Shown piece by piece: positions 20,789 to 31,532 of a stretch of DNA of 64,000 nucleotides (position 1 is its first letter; the number at the start of each line of letters is the position of its first letter). The position numbers and the translations under genes are program-made. Source of the DNA: a virus (lineage: Duplodnaviria; Caudoviricetes). The stretch is taken from IMG/VR virus record IMGVR_UViG_3300011242_000003, positions 1-64,000 of that record; one strand, 5' to 3'. The notes under the pieces were generated by a model that saw nothing but the letters and a program-made list of their open reading frames with translations, was not told the DNA's origin and searched no databases.

Positions 20789-21643
20789 TTAATTTAATAT
20801 TTTATTTTTAATAAATTTATCATAATATTTCTTTATGGTTTTCTCATTTGCTTTCTCAATTAAATTATTATCTAGCAAATATTGAGTTATGTGTTTCCAA
20901 CTATTTCCTTTATCTCTTAATTCAACTATTATGTTTATACATTTATCATATCCTCTATTAAGCCTTCCATTGAACACATCTTTTTCATATGTATTATCTC
21001 TAATTGCTATAACCTTTTTAATATATTTATTATTATAATCACTTTCCGTTATGTATATATTATATAATTCTATAATATCTTTTATTGGCTCTGATACCTT
21101 GTCGTACCCCAATAATATACATGATTTTAAATATATATTTCTTGCTTCTTGTTCAGTTTTATACCTTCCTATATTGATATGTTTACCGTTTATACTTATC
21201 CTTGTTAAATAGCTATTTGTTTTCTCTTCAAACCGATAGCCTTTATTCATTTTATACGTTATATCTTGGTTTAATCTATTTGTTTTTGCATCAACTATTC
21301 TAAGATTTGATTTTCTATTGTCAAACCTATCTCTATTAATATGGTCTACTATTAAATTTTTATTTTTAGTATTTAATATAAATTGATATATATCATAATT
21401 TATAACATTACCATTTACAATTTTCGACCATGTTACACTATAAATATCTTTAAATTTTGATTTTTTACGTCTATTATGTACAAACCATTGCCCTCGATAT
21501 ACTTTCTCAAAGTCATCTTTATCAATAAAAACATCATAACTTTCTTTTGTTTCAGGTTTAGATATTTTTAAAATTATATAATCTTCATTATCAAAGTATT
21601 CATTAATCCATTTTAATCCATTCTTTTGTCCTAATTTCTTCAC
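20789..21643 (-). CDS. HNH homing endonuclease with AP2-like domain
   Basis: VDHINRDRFDNRKSNLR; ISINGKHINIGRYKTEQEA. Confidence 0.85.
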   Translation of the reverse strand: MKKLGQKNGLKWINEYFDNEDYIILKISKPETKESYDVFIDKDDFEKVYRGQWFVHNRRKKSKFKDIYSVTWSKIVNGNVINYDIYQFILNTKNKNLIVDHINRDRFDNRKSNLRIVDAKTNRLNQDITYKMNKGYRFEEKTNSYLTRISINGKHINIGRYKTEQEARNIYLKSCILLGYDKVSEPIKDIIELYNIYITESDYNNKYIKKVIAIRDNTYEKDVFNGRLNRGYDKCINIIVELRDKGNSWKHITQYLLDNNLIEKANEKTIKKYYDKFIKNKILN

Positions 21644-21717
21644 TAAACTCCTCCTTACTTTTTAAAGCAAGGACTTACTGCTGTCTCACGACATGTGCCT
21701 AATTTAATATTTTATTT

Positions 21718-23202
21718 TTATAAAACTATTTGACTACATCCCTTATTAGTTGGAATAATTGGTGTGGTAACACCATTTGATAATAAATATTCTTTTGCCT
21801 CTTCACAGAAATCATATTTACTATCCTCACTAGAGTGATGTACTAAAATTTTATCACATTTTATATCTTTAAATATGTTTAATAATTCATAGTATCCTAT
21901 ATGAGATGACCAAGTTTTAAGTTGATTAACCTCTGCTCTTTTACCAATGACTTGTTTGTCTATAGTTACAGTTTTCTGACTAGGGTTCAACATCTTCCAA
22001 GGAATACTTCCTTCTCCTCCTGCATATCCAGTTAGAATTATACAATCCTTTTTAGATGATAAAAACTGTGGCAAATATGTCATTATTCTTCCTGCTTGAC
22101 AAAATCCACTAGATGCCAAATATATACCAGAAGTTCTTTTAGATAAACAAGCTATAGTACCATCATAACCTTTGTTTAATTTAATATTTTTCATAGTTAA
22201 TACTTTAGTAAAATACTCTTTATCTTCCTCGTCTAAAATATCCATGTATGTTCTATTAATATTTGACATTAATAATCCATCTACTACTACAGGGGTTTCT
22301 TGAAACCATTCTTCATCTTTAAATTCATCATATAAAAATGACAATATTTCTTGACTTCTTGCAAATGAAAATGTAGCAAAAAGTATTCTTTTATCTTCCT
22401 TTATTTGTGATTTTATATATTCTCTTAGCCATTTTCTTTCTTCTATAGCATCTTTTTTAGTAAAACTTCTTTCTTTATTGTTATAAGTTGCTTCTGTTAT
22501 AAACAAGTTACATTTTTTAGGTAAATCATTATTTTTTAAAAATGGTTTTAAATCTTGAGTTAAACCATTACCCATATCACTAGAATATAATATATGTACA
22601 AGTTTATTATTAGGTTTACGTATATATAGACTTATACTTGTAGCACCAACAACATGATTGTTATTGTGTAACATTATAGTCACATATTCATTTAACTGAA
22701 CCTTTTCACCAACTTTTATGCCCTCCATATGATTAAACATTTGATGCATTTGTGGTTCTGTATATAAATGTTTAGATTTTTTTCCTAATGAGTTTAAATA
22801 TTCAATATTTTTATTATGTATATGAACGCTATCTTTTATCAATTCTTTGGCTATTTCAATACAAGGTCTACTACCTAATATCTTACCATTAAATCCGTTA
22901 TCATCATTAAAATAACTCAAATTCCCAACATGGTCTACTCAGACATGTGAATGACCTAAAATTAGATATTCACAATTATTGACCACATCCTTCCCTATGC
23001 TCTCAAGCATTTTTTTATTAGAATTATATTGCTTTTCAATAGTAGGTTCGGACTGGTCTAAACCACATTCTAAAACAATTAAACCTCTTTTATTATTTTG
23101 TTTAGGATATGATATTGTCCAACATGAGCCTGTGACTTTGTTTAATGATGTACCAACACACGATACTATTATGTCATTATCCTTATTTCTTTTTTTACTC
23201 AT
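21718..23202 (-). CDS. Metallo-beta-lactamase/beta-CASP ribonuclease, one gene interrupted by an in-frame TGA (track ORFs 22939-23202 and 21718-22920)
   Basis: Both ORFs share a frame and the junction reads GHSHV*VDHVGNL. Other motifs present: VTGSC, LECG, NHVVGA, SSDMG, EATY, RSQE, SSG....GR, WSSH, LVH. Confidence 0.85.
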
Positions 23203-23435
23203 AGTATTTTATCCCACTTTCCCACCAACAGACACACTGTTATGATTATTTTTTATTTAATATTTTATTTTCAATTCTCTCCTATAGGGTGGACTAAGCC
23301 ACCCTCTGTATTTCAAGGAGAGATTGATTTGAATTTGATAGAGATATAATGTCGCTTATTCCCTATCACTATAGAAAACGTAGGTCAATCCTTGTAACCT
23401 AGCTATATCAATAGTTATAGAGATTTTACGTTTTC

Positions 23436-24197
23436 CTAACTCCTATAGTATGTTTTATTTTGTTCGTTTTTTATATTCTTCGCACATTCTTTGCAATATT
23501 TTTGATTACTATTTGAGGTTTTTAATTTAAATCTCTTATTACAACATTCACATTTTTTAATACTTTCATCACCTTTGTATTGCATCCATTGCAACCCTAA
23601 CTCTCTAAAATCATCAATAATCCATATAATACTACTATCTTCATCTATGTAATTATCAACACTTATACTATTATTAGCAATGTCTTTAGATAATTTCAAT
23701 ATATTACATTTACTCATATTATGTATTGTTTTTAATTGGTCTTTTCCCAATTCTTTAACGTGTGCATCTTTAAATATTTCATTTCTATATTTGCCACCAA
23801 TCCAATTGCTATTTAGTGAATTCATTTGATTTAATATTTTTGCGTAAACTAAATATGTAAAAGCCAATTTTTGAAATTTATCATTACCTAAGGATTTAAT
23901 GTAATTAATTTCAGTCTCAGTTATATTCACATCATTAACTTGCATTAAGCATTTATTATTTTTTATTGCATTTTTTACAGTTCCTTCAATCATGTCTTCC
24001 CATGTTACTGAGTTGTATTTATGTGAATAATTTTTTAACATAAAAGCGTCAATAATTTTAATAATCTGCCCTATATCCATACCTTGCTGATGATAATATC
24101 TCGCCAATAATCTAATTGTAGCACTAGGTTTGTCATCAACCAAACCTTCCTTTATAATAGTATTAACCTTATTTATTTCATTTAGTTCTAATTTCAT
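23436..24197 (-). CDS. RNAP-linked hypothetical protein with C-terminal Zn finger
   Basis: Overlaps the polymerase stop codon; CECC...YCKEC. Confidence 0.65.
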   Translation of the reverse strand: MKLELNEINKVNTIIKEGLVDDKPSATIRLLARYYHQQGMDIGQIIKIIDAFMLKNYSHKYNSVTWEDMIEGTVKNAIKNNKCLMQVNDVNITETEINYIKSLGNDKFQKLAFTYLVYAKILNQMNSLNSNWIGGKYRNEIFKDAHVKELGKDQLKTIHNMSKCNILKLSKDIANNSISVDNYIDEDSSIIWIIDDFRELGLQWMQYKGDESIKKCECCNKRFKLKTSNSNQKYCKECAKNIKNEQNKTYYRS

Positions 24198-26980
24198 TAC
24201 ATTATCTCCTTTCTCACTTGTTTAGTTTCCAATGAAAATTTATTTCCACCAAATTCTATTTCTCCATCATTGTTTGCAACTGGATAATTTATAATGTAGT
24301 TATTCTTTTTTAATAGATTTTTTATTATCTGTTCGCCACATATATCCCATGCAAATTGTTTAGATTTATTTGTTTTATAACATATGTCAATTATTATATT
24401 GCACAATTCTTCCTCGTTAAGACAAATGTTTTCGCATGTTTCTTTAAAGTTTTCTTTCAATATTAACATACTAGAATATTTATCATCTTTACTTATTTTG
24501 TGTTTTTTTGATATAATTTTATATTGTGCTAATTCTTCATTGTATGAGTTATATATTTTTTTTACTTTATTATATGTATTTTTATTATATTCCTTTGTTG
24601 TTTTTAAGATATTATAATCAAAATCCGTATTTTTCATTTTATTTTTTATGCCTTTGAACTCAAATTCTATAGCCCTACATATTTTATTCATAACACAGTC
24701 ATTATTACTTACAGGATTTTTGAAGTTATAATATTTTATAAAATTAATTTCATCTTCTGACTTGTCTTCTTTTTCAAATAATTCCCTTGTAGTTATCCCA
24801 AACTGAGATATGCACTTATTGTTAGTTTCTTTTATAAACTTATCATATGTATTTTTTAATTCAGGATATATATAGATAAAGAAATATGGTTTTTTATTAG
24901 CAACTATTCTAGTGTTAAATTGTTTTATCTTTATAGTTTTATCATCATCTAATATTTCACCAGTTTCTTTATCTATACTAATTCTATTTGATTTTAAGTC
25001 ATACCATTCTTTCGGCATTGGATTAGATTTAATACCTTTTATTTTATCTATAGCACATTGTTGATAATGTTGACCACACATAATCCTATACATTAATTCT
25101 TTGTATTCCTCAGAATCCTTATTAAATTTAGCAAGTACATCAAACATCTCGGTAATTCTATTAGTTGTAGTTCCTATTTCATCACCAAATCCATCTTTGT
25201 TACATTGAATTAAATCCTTTTCTTTGACTTGTACTTTTTTAGCAGATTTTTGAACACAGAATATTGCAAGTAATTCCTTGTAATTCCTAAGAAGAACTTC
25301 ATTATCTGTTGTTATAAATGCATCACTATCTTTATCAGCTCCATTCTCAGCATGAGTTGTGGTATCCCATGAATTCAATATTAAACATGTATACATATAC
25401 TTATACCATTTTTTAGTCATATCATTTGATGTAATATTTATCTTTCTAATGTTGTTGTGACAGGTCATTGGTGCTCTAAATGCTAATATTTCCCTACTCC
25501 CTTTGTCTAACCAATACTTAGAATAGCACTCTTTAGCTTTTAATATTCCAGTTACTTTCAAACCAAATATATGTTGACAAAGAGAATAGGGGTCTCCACT
25601 TATAATTGCATAATTACCTGTTATATTTAATACTCCTACTTTTGCATCCTGAATACGTTTTTTTCTCATGTTGTATATTCTGTCTTGCACATATGGGTCA
25701 TTTATAAGTCTTTTGTCTATCATTAAAGCTTTGACATAATCATTTTCTCCAACAAAAGCATTTTTATCGTTTATTTTTATACCCCTTAAAAATAACAACG
25801 ATTTTGCATAATCTAACCCCAAACTATCTTTTATACTATCTACTGTTGGCTTAATTAATTCTTGAATATCTTCATCTCCTAATTCAAATGATTGTAAAAA
25901 TTGATAATTTAACGTTCTCTCATTCTCCAATTCTTTGGGACACATTTTAGTAACACTAAAAGTCCATCCATTGTTTTTGCAACAACTTAAATAATGTTCC
26001 AAGGATTTATAGCTATCCCACAATTTTAACATAGATGTAGTTAGTATTAAATCTACCTTTCTTATATCTCTTTCTTGTCCCCATACATCTTTTACTATAT
26101 AATTATGTGCCACCTGTTTTGCAAACTTTTTAAAGTTAAATGTAAAAACCATACCTTTTGTAAAAGCATTTCTTATACAAAATCCGCTTGGGACAAATCT
26201 ATCTGTCAATTCACACTCTTTAATATCTACCCCCCACAACTTACTTAATTGTGGTGATATTAAACCATATCCATCACTATCATTCAATTCAACATCAAAA
26301 TCTTCGATAATTTTCATTTCGGGTCTATTTCCTTGAGAATCATCTATTTGAATTATATTATCTTTAAAATTAGTTATGCAATCATCTACAACTAATATAC
26401 CTTTTGGATTTCTTACTGGGACACTCATACTGCATGATAAAGCCTTGTATGCTTCTAGCTTTGCGGGTACTAATGGTTTGTCAACATCCCTACCATTCTC
26501 TATTTTTTTCTTCAATTGTTCATAAACATTTTTGCTTACATAAACTATTGTTTCATTTTTTATTCCACCAGTAGTTCCTAATAATCTTATATATTGTTTA
26601 CCATTTACAAAGAAACTACATTTCCTATTGCATTTATCAAAATCACTTTTTCTATCAATCACAATACATAAATAATCTTGGTTATACTTTAATTCATTTT
26701 TCTTTTTATTAAGCTCTTTAATTAGTTTTTTGTTTTCATATGTATTTTCTTGTTTTTTTAATTCCTTAATTTTATCCTTGATATTATTTATTTCTTCATC
26801 TTTATTTTCTATACCTAAAATAGAATCAATAAATCTAAGAGTTTGACTATCACCTAATTGTATTACTTCTTTATTTTTCTTTGCTTCATCTAATGATAAG
26901 TCCAAACTCCAATTATTTTTACGTAATCTTTTAGTATGTATCTTTAATATATTCTTTTGATTGCTCATAGATTTAGCCAC
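24197..26980 (-). CDS. yonO: YonO-like single-subunit RNA polymerase (eukaryotic RdRP-like fold)
   Basis: 927 aa; SDGYGLISP, FCIR..F.KG, FRAP, catalytic GADKDSD and IDKIKG motifs; upstream of the late operon as in SPbeta. Confidence 0.85.
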   Translation of the reverse strand: MAKSMSNQKNILKIHTKRLRKNNWSLDLSLDEAKKNKEVIQLGDSQTLRFIDSILGIENKDEEINNIKDKIKELKKQENTYENKKLIKELNKKKNELKYNQDYLCIVIDRKSDFDKCNRKCSFFVNGKQYIRLLGTTGGIKNETIVYVSKNVYEQLKKKIENGRDVDKPLVPAKLEAYKALSCSMSVPVRNPKGILVVDDCITNFKDNIIQIDDSQGNRPEMKIIEDFDVELNDSDGYGLISPQLSKLWGVDIKECELTDRFVPSGFCIRNAFTKGMVFTFNFKKFAKQVAHNYIVKDVWGQERDIRKVDLILTTSMLKLWDSYKSLEHYLSCCKNNGWTFSVTKMCPKELENERTLNYQFLQSFELGDEDIQELIKPTVDSIKDSLGLDYAKSLLFLRGIKINDKNAFVGENDYVKALMIDKRLINDPYVQDRIYNMRKKRIQDAKVGVLNITGNYAIISGDPYSLCQHIFGLKVTGILKAKECYSKYWLDKGSREILAFRAPMTCHNNIRKINITSNDMTKKWYKYMYTCLILNSWDTTTHAENGADKDSDAFITTDNEVLLRNYKELLAIFCVQKSAKKVQVKEKDLIQCNKDGFGDEIGTTTNRITEMFDVLAKFNKDSEEYKELMYRIMCGQHYQQCAIDKIKGIKSNPMPKEWYDLKSNRISIDKETGEILDDDKTIKIKQFNTRIVANKKPYFFIYIYPELKNTYDKFIKETNNKCISQFGITTRELFEKEDKSEDEINFIKYYNFKNPVSNNDCVMNKICRAIEFEFKGIKNKMKNTDFDYNILKTTKEYNKNTYNKVKKIYNSYNEELAQYKIISKKHKISKDDKYSSMLILKENFKETCENICLNEEELCNIIIDICYKTNKSKQFAWDICGEQIIKNLLKKNNYIINYPVANNDGEIEFGGNKFSLETKQVRKEIM

Positions 26981-27024
26981 AAACTCACCTCTCTAGCTTT
27001 TAATTTAATATATTATTTTATCCC

Positions 27025-27255
27025 CTACAACTCAAAATCATAATACATGTCTCTTAATGTAGCCTTATCTATGTCTTTTAAACCTTCTCTATCTTTATTT
27101 TTCCAATATGTATGTATTCTTTTCTTAAACTCCTCATTGAACCTATTATTGCTATTTGATTCATATACATTCCTACATCTTACTCCTACATCTCCTTTCA
27201 TGTGTTCATCAACTATTTCCATTAAATTTTTGTGTCCTCTGCTCTCATTTTGCAT
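27025..27255 (-). CDS. Small hypothetical protein
   Basis: ORF with RBS upstream of the polymerase. Confidence 0.55.
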   Translation of the reverse strand: MQNESRGHKNLMEIVDEHMKGDVGVRCRNVYESNSNNRFNEEFKKRIHTYWKNKDREGLKDIDKATLRDMYYDFEL

Positions 27256-27435
27256 CTTATTATCCCTTCTCTTTCTTTTAATATTTTATTTTTACACATA
27301 TTACCGAACCCCTTTCAATATTTTTAATATTGTTTTATTATTACCTATGTACTTATCATATCACATTCCTATATGATTTACAAGTAAATTTAATATATCA
27401 TTTTACTTAATTCACTTAAAATTCAACTTTTATGA

Positions 27436-28014
27436 CTATTTCAAGCTATTAATAAACTTCTCAAAGTCTAACCAATCTCTAATCCTTATAATCTTATGAT
27501 AATTCTCATGTCTTTTAATATCTTCATTATTATAATATTCATCTTGATAACCATAGTCACCAAATAGCAATCTAAACTTCCTATTCCCTTCTATGAGACA
27601 CTCTATCTTATCATCTAGTATAATACTATTACCTCCCACTAAACTCTTGTCAAAGCTATCCTGACGTAAATAAACCACACTATCTATAAAAGGCAAGTTG
27701 TTTCTAATCCATTGGTCGTTCATACTAACTCCGTCAGGGTGCTTTTTCGTGCATATAACTAATTCATGTTTCTTAGATAATCTCTCTAAAACTTCCTTCG
27801 CATTGTCCATAAAATCTAAATTATCATAAAATTCCTGTTCTTGGAACATATTTAACGCCCATGGTAAATGCATCTTGGGAATATATGGACTGAAATCCCA
27901 TTTTATCTTTTCTCTATGTATTGGTTCATATTTGAATACTTTCTTCTGATATAATCTTATTATTGTTTCTGCACTATTTACTATCGTATTATCAAAGTCT
28001 AATATAATTCTCAT
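27436..28014 (-). CDS. 5'(3')-deoxyribonucleotidase, HAD/NT5C family
   Basis: LDFDNTIV, W...NLPF and DKS...ILDD motifs. Confidence 0.8.
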   Translation of the reverse strand: MRIILDFDNTIVNSAETIIRLYQKKVFKYEPIHREKIKWDFSPYIPKMHLPWALNMFQEQEFYDNLDFMDNAKEVLERLSKKHELVICTKKHPDGVSMNDQWIRNNLPFIDSVVYLRQDSFDKSLVGGNSIILDDKIECLIEGNRKFRLLFGDYGYQDEYYNNEDIKRHENYHKIIRIRDWLDFEKFINSLK

Positions 28015-28383
28015 ATTTACACCTCTATTAATTTAATATTTTACTTTATTTATCTAAAACTAATTACACTTCTCCACACCTCCTAGAACTCTCCAATATC
28101 AATTCTAAGCCACTTTATGATTTTATAGACTACTTATTCCTTTTTCTATTTAAAATCATCCTGTGGCTAAATTACCTCAAAATAATCATATCATACTACT
28201 TATATTCACAAGCTAGTACAAATATTATTGTTTGTCTTGTGCTATATCCTAATGATACTATAAATTTCATTCACTGTCAATATAATTTAATATAATATTT
28301 TACATAAGTTTAAAGTGTAGTAATTGTCGGTAAAATAAAAGACATTCACCACATCTAATTTAGAATGTAGTAAATGTCGTATA

Positions 28384-29487
28384 CTATTTATATAAATCAT
28401 TCATATCATCACAAACTTCCCAACCCAATAAACCATTCTCTAATTTATCCATGTCATATTGTCGTTGGTTATAATTATTAAACTTGTTTTTAGTATTACC
28501 TTTTTTAATCTTATTATTTTCAACCGACGTTTTCTTCATTTTAGATTTTGTCCAATCATTTTTTAATGCTGTGATTAAAATTGCCACAAATGAACCTTCG
28601 CATTTTGCAGTATTGTAATAATACTTCTTAACAATATTATAATTCTTAATAAAATACTCATTTATGTTTTTGAATTTATCTTTGTTATATTCAATTTCTT
28701 TGCATATCTTAATAAGATTATTAACGTCTTCATTTGTTATATCTTCCATTACAACATTTTTTATAAATGCGTTATCTATTTGTGAATCTATGTCTAAAGC
28801 TAATTCCTCTATTGCTAGAATATCTGATTTCTTTTTAATCTTAAAGTTTATAAACATTGGTGTACGACCGACCTTTTCTACATCATAGTCAAATAATATA
28901 TCACTACCACTATTTATTTCTTCTTTGGCAACCTTTAAAACGTATTTTTCTAAATTTCTTAATACTGAATATGATGGCGGACATTCTAATTTCCTTGTTA
29001 ATTCACTTATACTATCTCTTCTCCATCCAGTATTTTCATAAAATTTAAGATAATGATACATTCTTTTAGAATATGTTGACCCAAAATTCAAAGTGTAGTA
29101 AATGTCGTAGTAAATTTTCTGTTTTGCTTCATACATTTGTTTTTTTAAGTCGCTATGAATATCTAATAAAATCTTACCTTCTTTGTTTTTGTATTTAATT
29201 TTACTAAACCAAGGGTAATATGTTTCCTCATTGTTAGCTTTATCAATTAAATAAAAGCCTTTTCCCTCAAATGATTTAATAGCCTTCTTTAAATCCCTAT
29301 ATATATTAGATGTATCAGTCTTATACATAGGTTTATATTTATCTACAGATATTTCATATGTTAATTTTTCATCATTATCTATTTCTGCAAACAGCATATC
29401 CAAAATATCATTTTGCTTTGCAGTCAAAGAAAATCTAGCCTCTATAATATTTGCCGACCTAATTGCCATAGATTTTTTATTAATCAT
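28384..29487 (-). CDS. Rep_3/RepB-family plasmid replication initiator
   Basis: SANIIEARFSLT, YPWFSKIKY, STYSKRMY and KYVLKVAKEEIN motifs; flanked by iterons. Confidence 0.88.
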   Translation of the reverse strand: MINKKSMAIRSANIIEARFSLTAKQNDILDMLFAEIDNDEKLTYEISVDKYKPMYKTDTSNIYRDLKKAIKSFEGKGFYLIDKANNEETYYPWFSKIKYKNKEGKILLDIHSDLKKQMYEAKQKIYYDIYYTLNFGSTYSKRMYHYLKFYENTGWRRDSISELTRKLECPPSYSVLRNLEKYVLKVAKEEINSGSDILFDYDVEKVGRTPMFINFKIKKKSDILAIEELALDIDSQIDNAFIKNVVMEDITNEDVNNLIKICKEIEYNKDKFKNINEYFIKNYNIVKKYYYNTAKCEGSFVAILITALKNDWTKSKMKKTSVENNKIKKGNTKNKFNNYNQRQYDMDKLENGLLGWEVCDDMNDLYK

Positions 29488-29538
29488 ACTTTCACCCCGA
29501 TAAGAATATTATATATTATATCTAAAATAAACTCCATA

Positions 29539-29805
29539 CGACATTTACTACATTTTAAATTAGATGTTGATAGTTTGTGCATAACTTTAAAGTTGTAGAT
29601 ATTGTCGGTTCAAAAGTGTAGATTTAGTCGGTTATATGACCGACATTTACTACACGACATTTACTACATCGAGCCGACTTTTACTACATTTTGAACTCCG
29701 AAACATGAGTTGTATCAAGGTTTTTGGACATCCTATCATAGTTAGTTTATTTATCATAGTTATTAAAGTTAGTAGTATACGTAGTTTAAAATGTATAAAT
29801 TGTCG
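29539..29805. repeat. Iteron cluster, probable plasmid-mode origin (consensus CGACATTTACTACA)
   Basis: Direct copies at 29539, 29641, 29655 and 29675; inverted variants at 29594, 29617 and 29792. Confidence 0.8.
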
Positions 29806-30164
29806 GTATTGGTCTAAATTGAATTAAAATTGTAATAATAGCTTATTGATATTTCACATAGCTACCAAATATCAATTCTAAGCCACTTTAAATTTCACTA
29901 AACACTAATTACCTAAATCTATTTAAAATCGTTTCTAGGGCATATTTGAGCCGTATAATGCCATTGCAATAACAATACTCCTAACTTAATATCATATTCA
30001 ACTATTATTGATAATATTCCTAAAATTACACATACCTTCAAAACTCTCTAATTTGACTTCTAAGGCATTTTAACTTTTAGTATAGTAAATACTCATTAAT
30101 CTAATTTAAATTGATTTAGAGCCATATTTGAGAGGATTAATGATATTCATAACACGTTAGATAC

Positions 30165-30833
30165 TTATTTATTAAAAATACGACTCCAAATACCCTTTTT
30201 AGAGTTATCTACTTCATTTTTCTTCTTAGTATCTTCCATATGAGTTTTAAGCATACTTATTCTTTCCTCATCCTGCTTTTTATACTCTAATTCTCGTTGG
30301 TCTATGAATATCTGCATCTCGCTTTTAAACTCGTTTAATTTATCTTCCAAATGTTCATCAACTGAAACTGCAACTTCATTTTTTAATTCTTCTTTCAATT
30401 CCTTTTTAAAGTTTTCCTGATATTCCATAAACCTCATTAAAAACTCTTTTAGTTGCTCCCCATTCTTTATTGCTAATTGACTTGCTAGTGCTTCAAATCC
30501 TAAAGGGTCATCTAAGTTAATCAATCCCCCGTCATATTTACTATATTCAAAACCACGCTTTGATAATTGTTCATATACTTGTTCATGTTTAAATTTCTTA
30601 TCTCTAATTAACATTTGTATAAATTTAAACTCATTAACACTTTTCTGAGTGTATACCATTCTTCCATTTATTCTTTTTACACATAGGAACTTTTCATACA
30701 TATCAGCCCACAGTCTAACGGTAGAAGCAGGTTCTCCCACCATCTTTGATATTTGTACAGCATTTAATACACATTCATCATCATTGGGTACGGATGAATA
30801 GCTTACGTCATTGTATTTTTCGTAATCCTTCAT
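30165..30833 (-). CDS. tubY: TubY-like partition regulator
   Basis: MerR-like HTH, coiled coil and C-terminal amphipathic helix KKGIWSRIFNK; divergent from tubRZ. Confidence 0.75.
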   Translation of the reverse strand: MKDYEKYNDVSYSSVPNDDECVLNAVQISKMVGEPASTVRLWADMYEKFLCVKRINGRMVYTQKSVNEFKFIQMLIRDKKFKHEQVYEQLSKRGFEYSKYDGGLINLDDPLGFEALASQLAIKNGEQLKEFLMRFMEYQENFKKELKEELKNEVAVSVDEHLEDKLNEFKSEMQIFIDQRELEYKKQDEERISMLKTHMEDTKKKNEVDNSKKGIWSRIFNK

Positions 30834-30849
30834 ATAAAATCACCTCATA

Positions 30850-31010
30850 ATTAATTGAATTAAAGTTAATATACCATATTTTACAAGTAGAGTAAAGCAT
30901 TATTATAATTTAATTATTTACAACTTTAATTTTATTATACTATAATTAATTTATTGTATAATATTAATTTACTGTAACTATATAATGATTTAATTTTACT
31001 TTACTTTAAT
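30850..31010. repeat. Putative tubC centromere-like region
   Basis: Degenerate tandem TTAATTT/TAATTTA units between tubY and tubR. Confidence 0.4.
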
Positions 31011-31247
31011 ATACCCATATTATACCCTAATAATATCCATATATTATTCTTAATAATTCATAAATATATCTTAAGTAGTCATAAATTATTCACACCTTAG
31101 TCAAAAAATGAATAATATTAGAATATTTTATGATAAAGATATGGTATATATATGGAATTATTTAAATAAAAATTGATAAAATATGGTTGCAATTTAAATA
31201 CAATTAGCATAAGATAGAAATATAATCTGAATAGGAGGTAGTGAATT

Positions 31248-31532
31248 TTGCAAATTCTTAATACTAATGATTTTTTAATATTATCTTGCATGAGAGATAA
31301 AGATAAGAATTTAGGCTTATGCGAAGCCAGAGGAATGACAAGAAAAACAATATCTGAAAAAAGTGAGTTGAGTATGAGTACAGTAATTCGCTCAACTAAT
31401 AAATTAATCAATGCGGGTTTAATTAAGCATGGAATTAAAAAAGTAAACACTATGACTTATTATGTTACAGAAGAAGGTATTGTAAGATTAAAAGAAATAT
31501 ATGGAGGGGTAAAAATAAATGGAAAAAAGTAG
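31248..31532 (+). CDS. tubR: TubR-like winged-helix adaptor
   Basis: wHTH sequence; AGGAGG RBS; overlaps tubZ. Confidence 0.75.
   Translation: MQILNTNDFLILSCMRDKDKNLGLCEARGMTRKTISEKSELSMSTVIRSTNKLINAGLIKHGIKKVNTMTYYVTEEGIVRLKEIYGGVKINGKK

Noticed and set aside
20050-21700. HNH gene plus structured RNA as a group I intron
   Set aside because: No interrupted host gene flanks them, a separate small ORF lies between them, and I could not find group I core elements. A cmscan run would settle it.
24197-26980. RNA-dependent RNA polymerase
   Set aside because: The fold is RdRP-like, but the characterised homologue YonO is a DNA-dependent late polymerase and the context matches.
29539-29690. CRISPR array
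   Set aside because: The repeats are 14 bp, irregularly spaced, in both orientations and next to a rep gene, so they are iterons. No cas genes are in the window.
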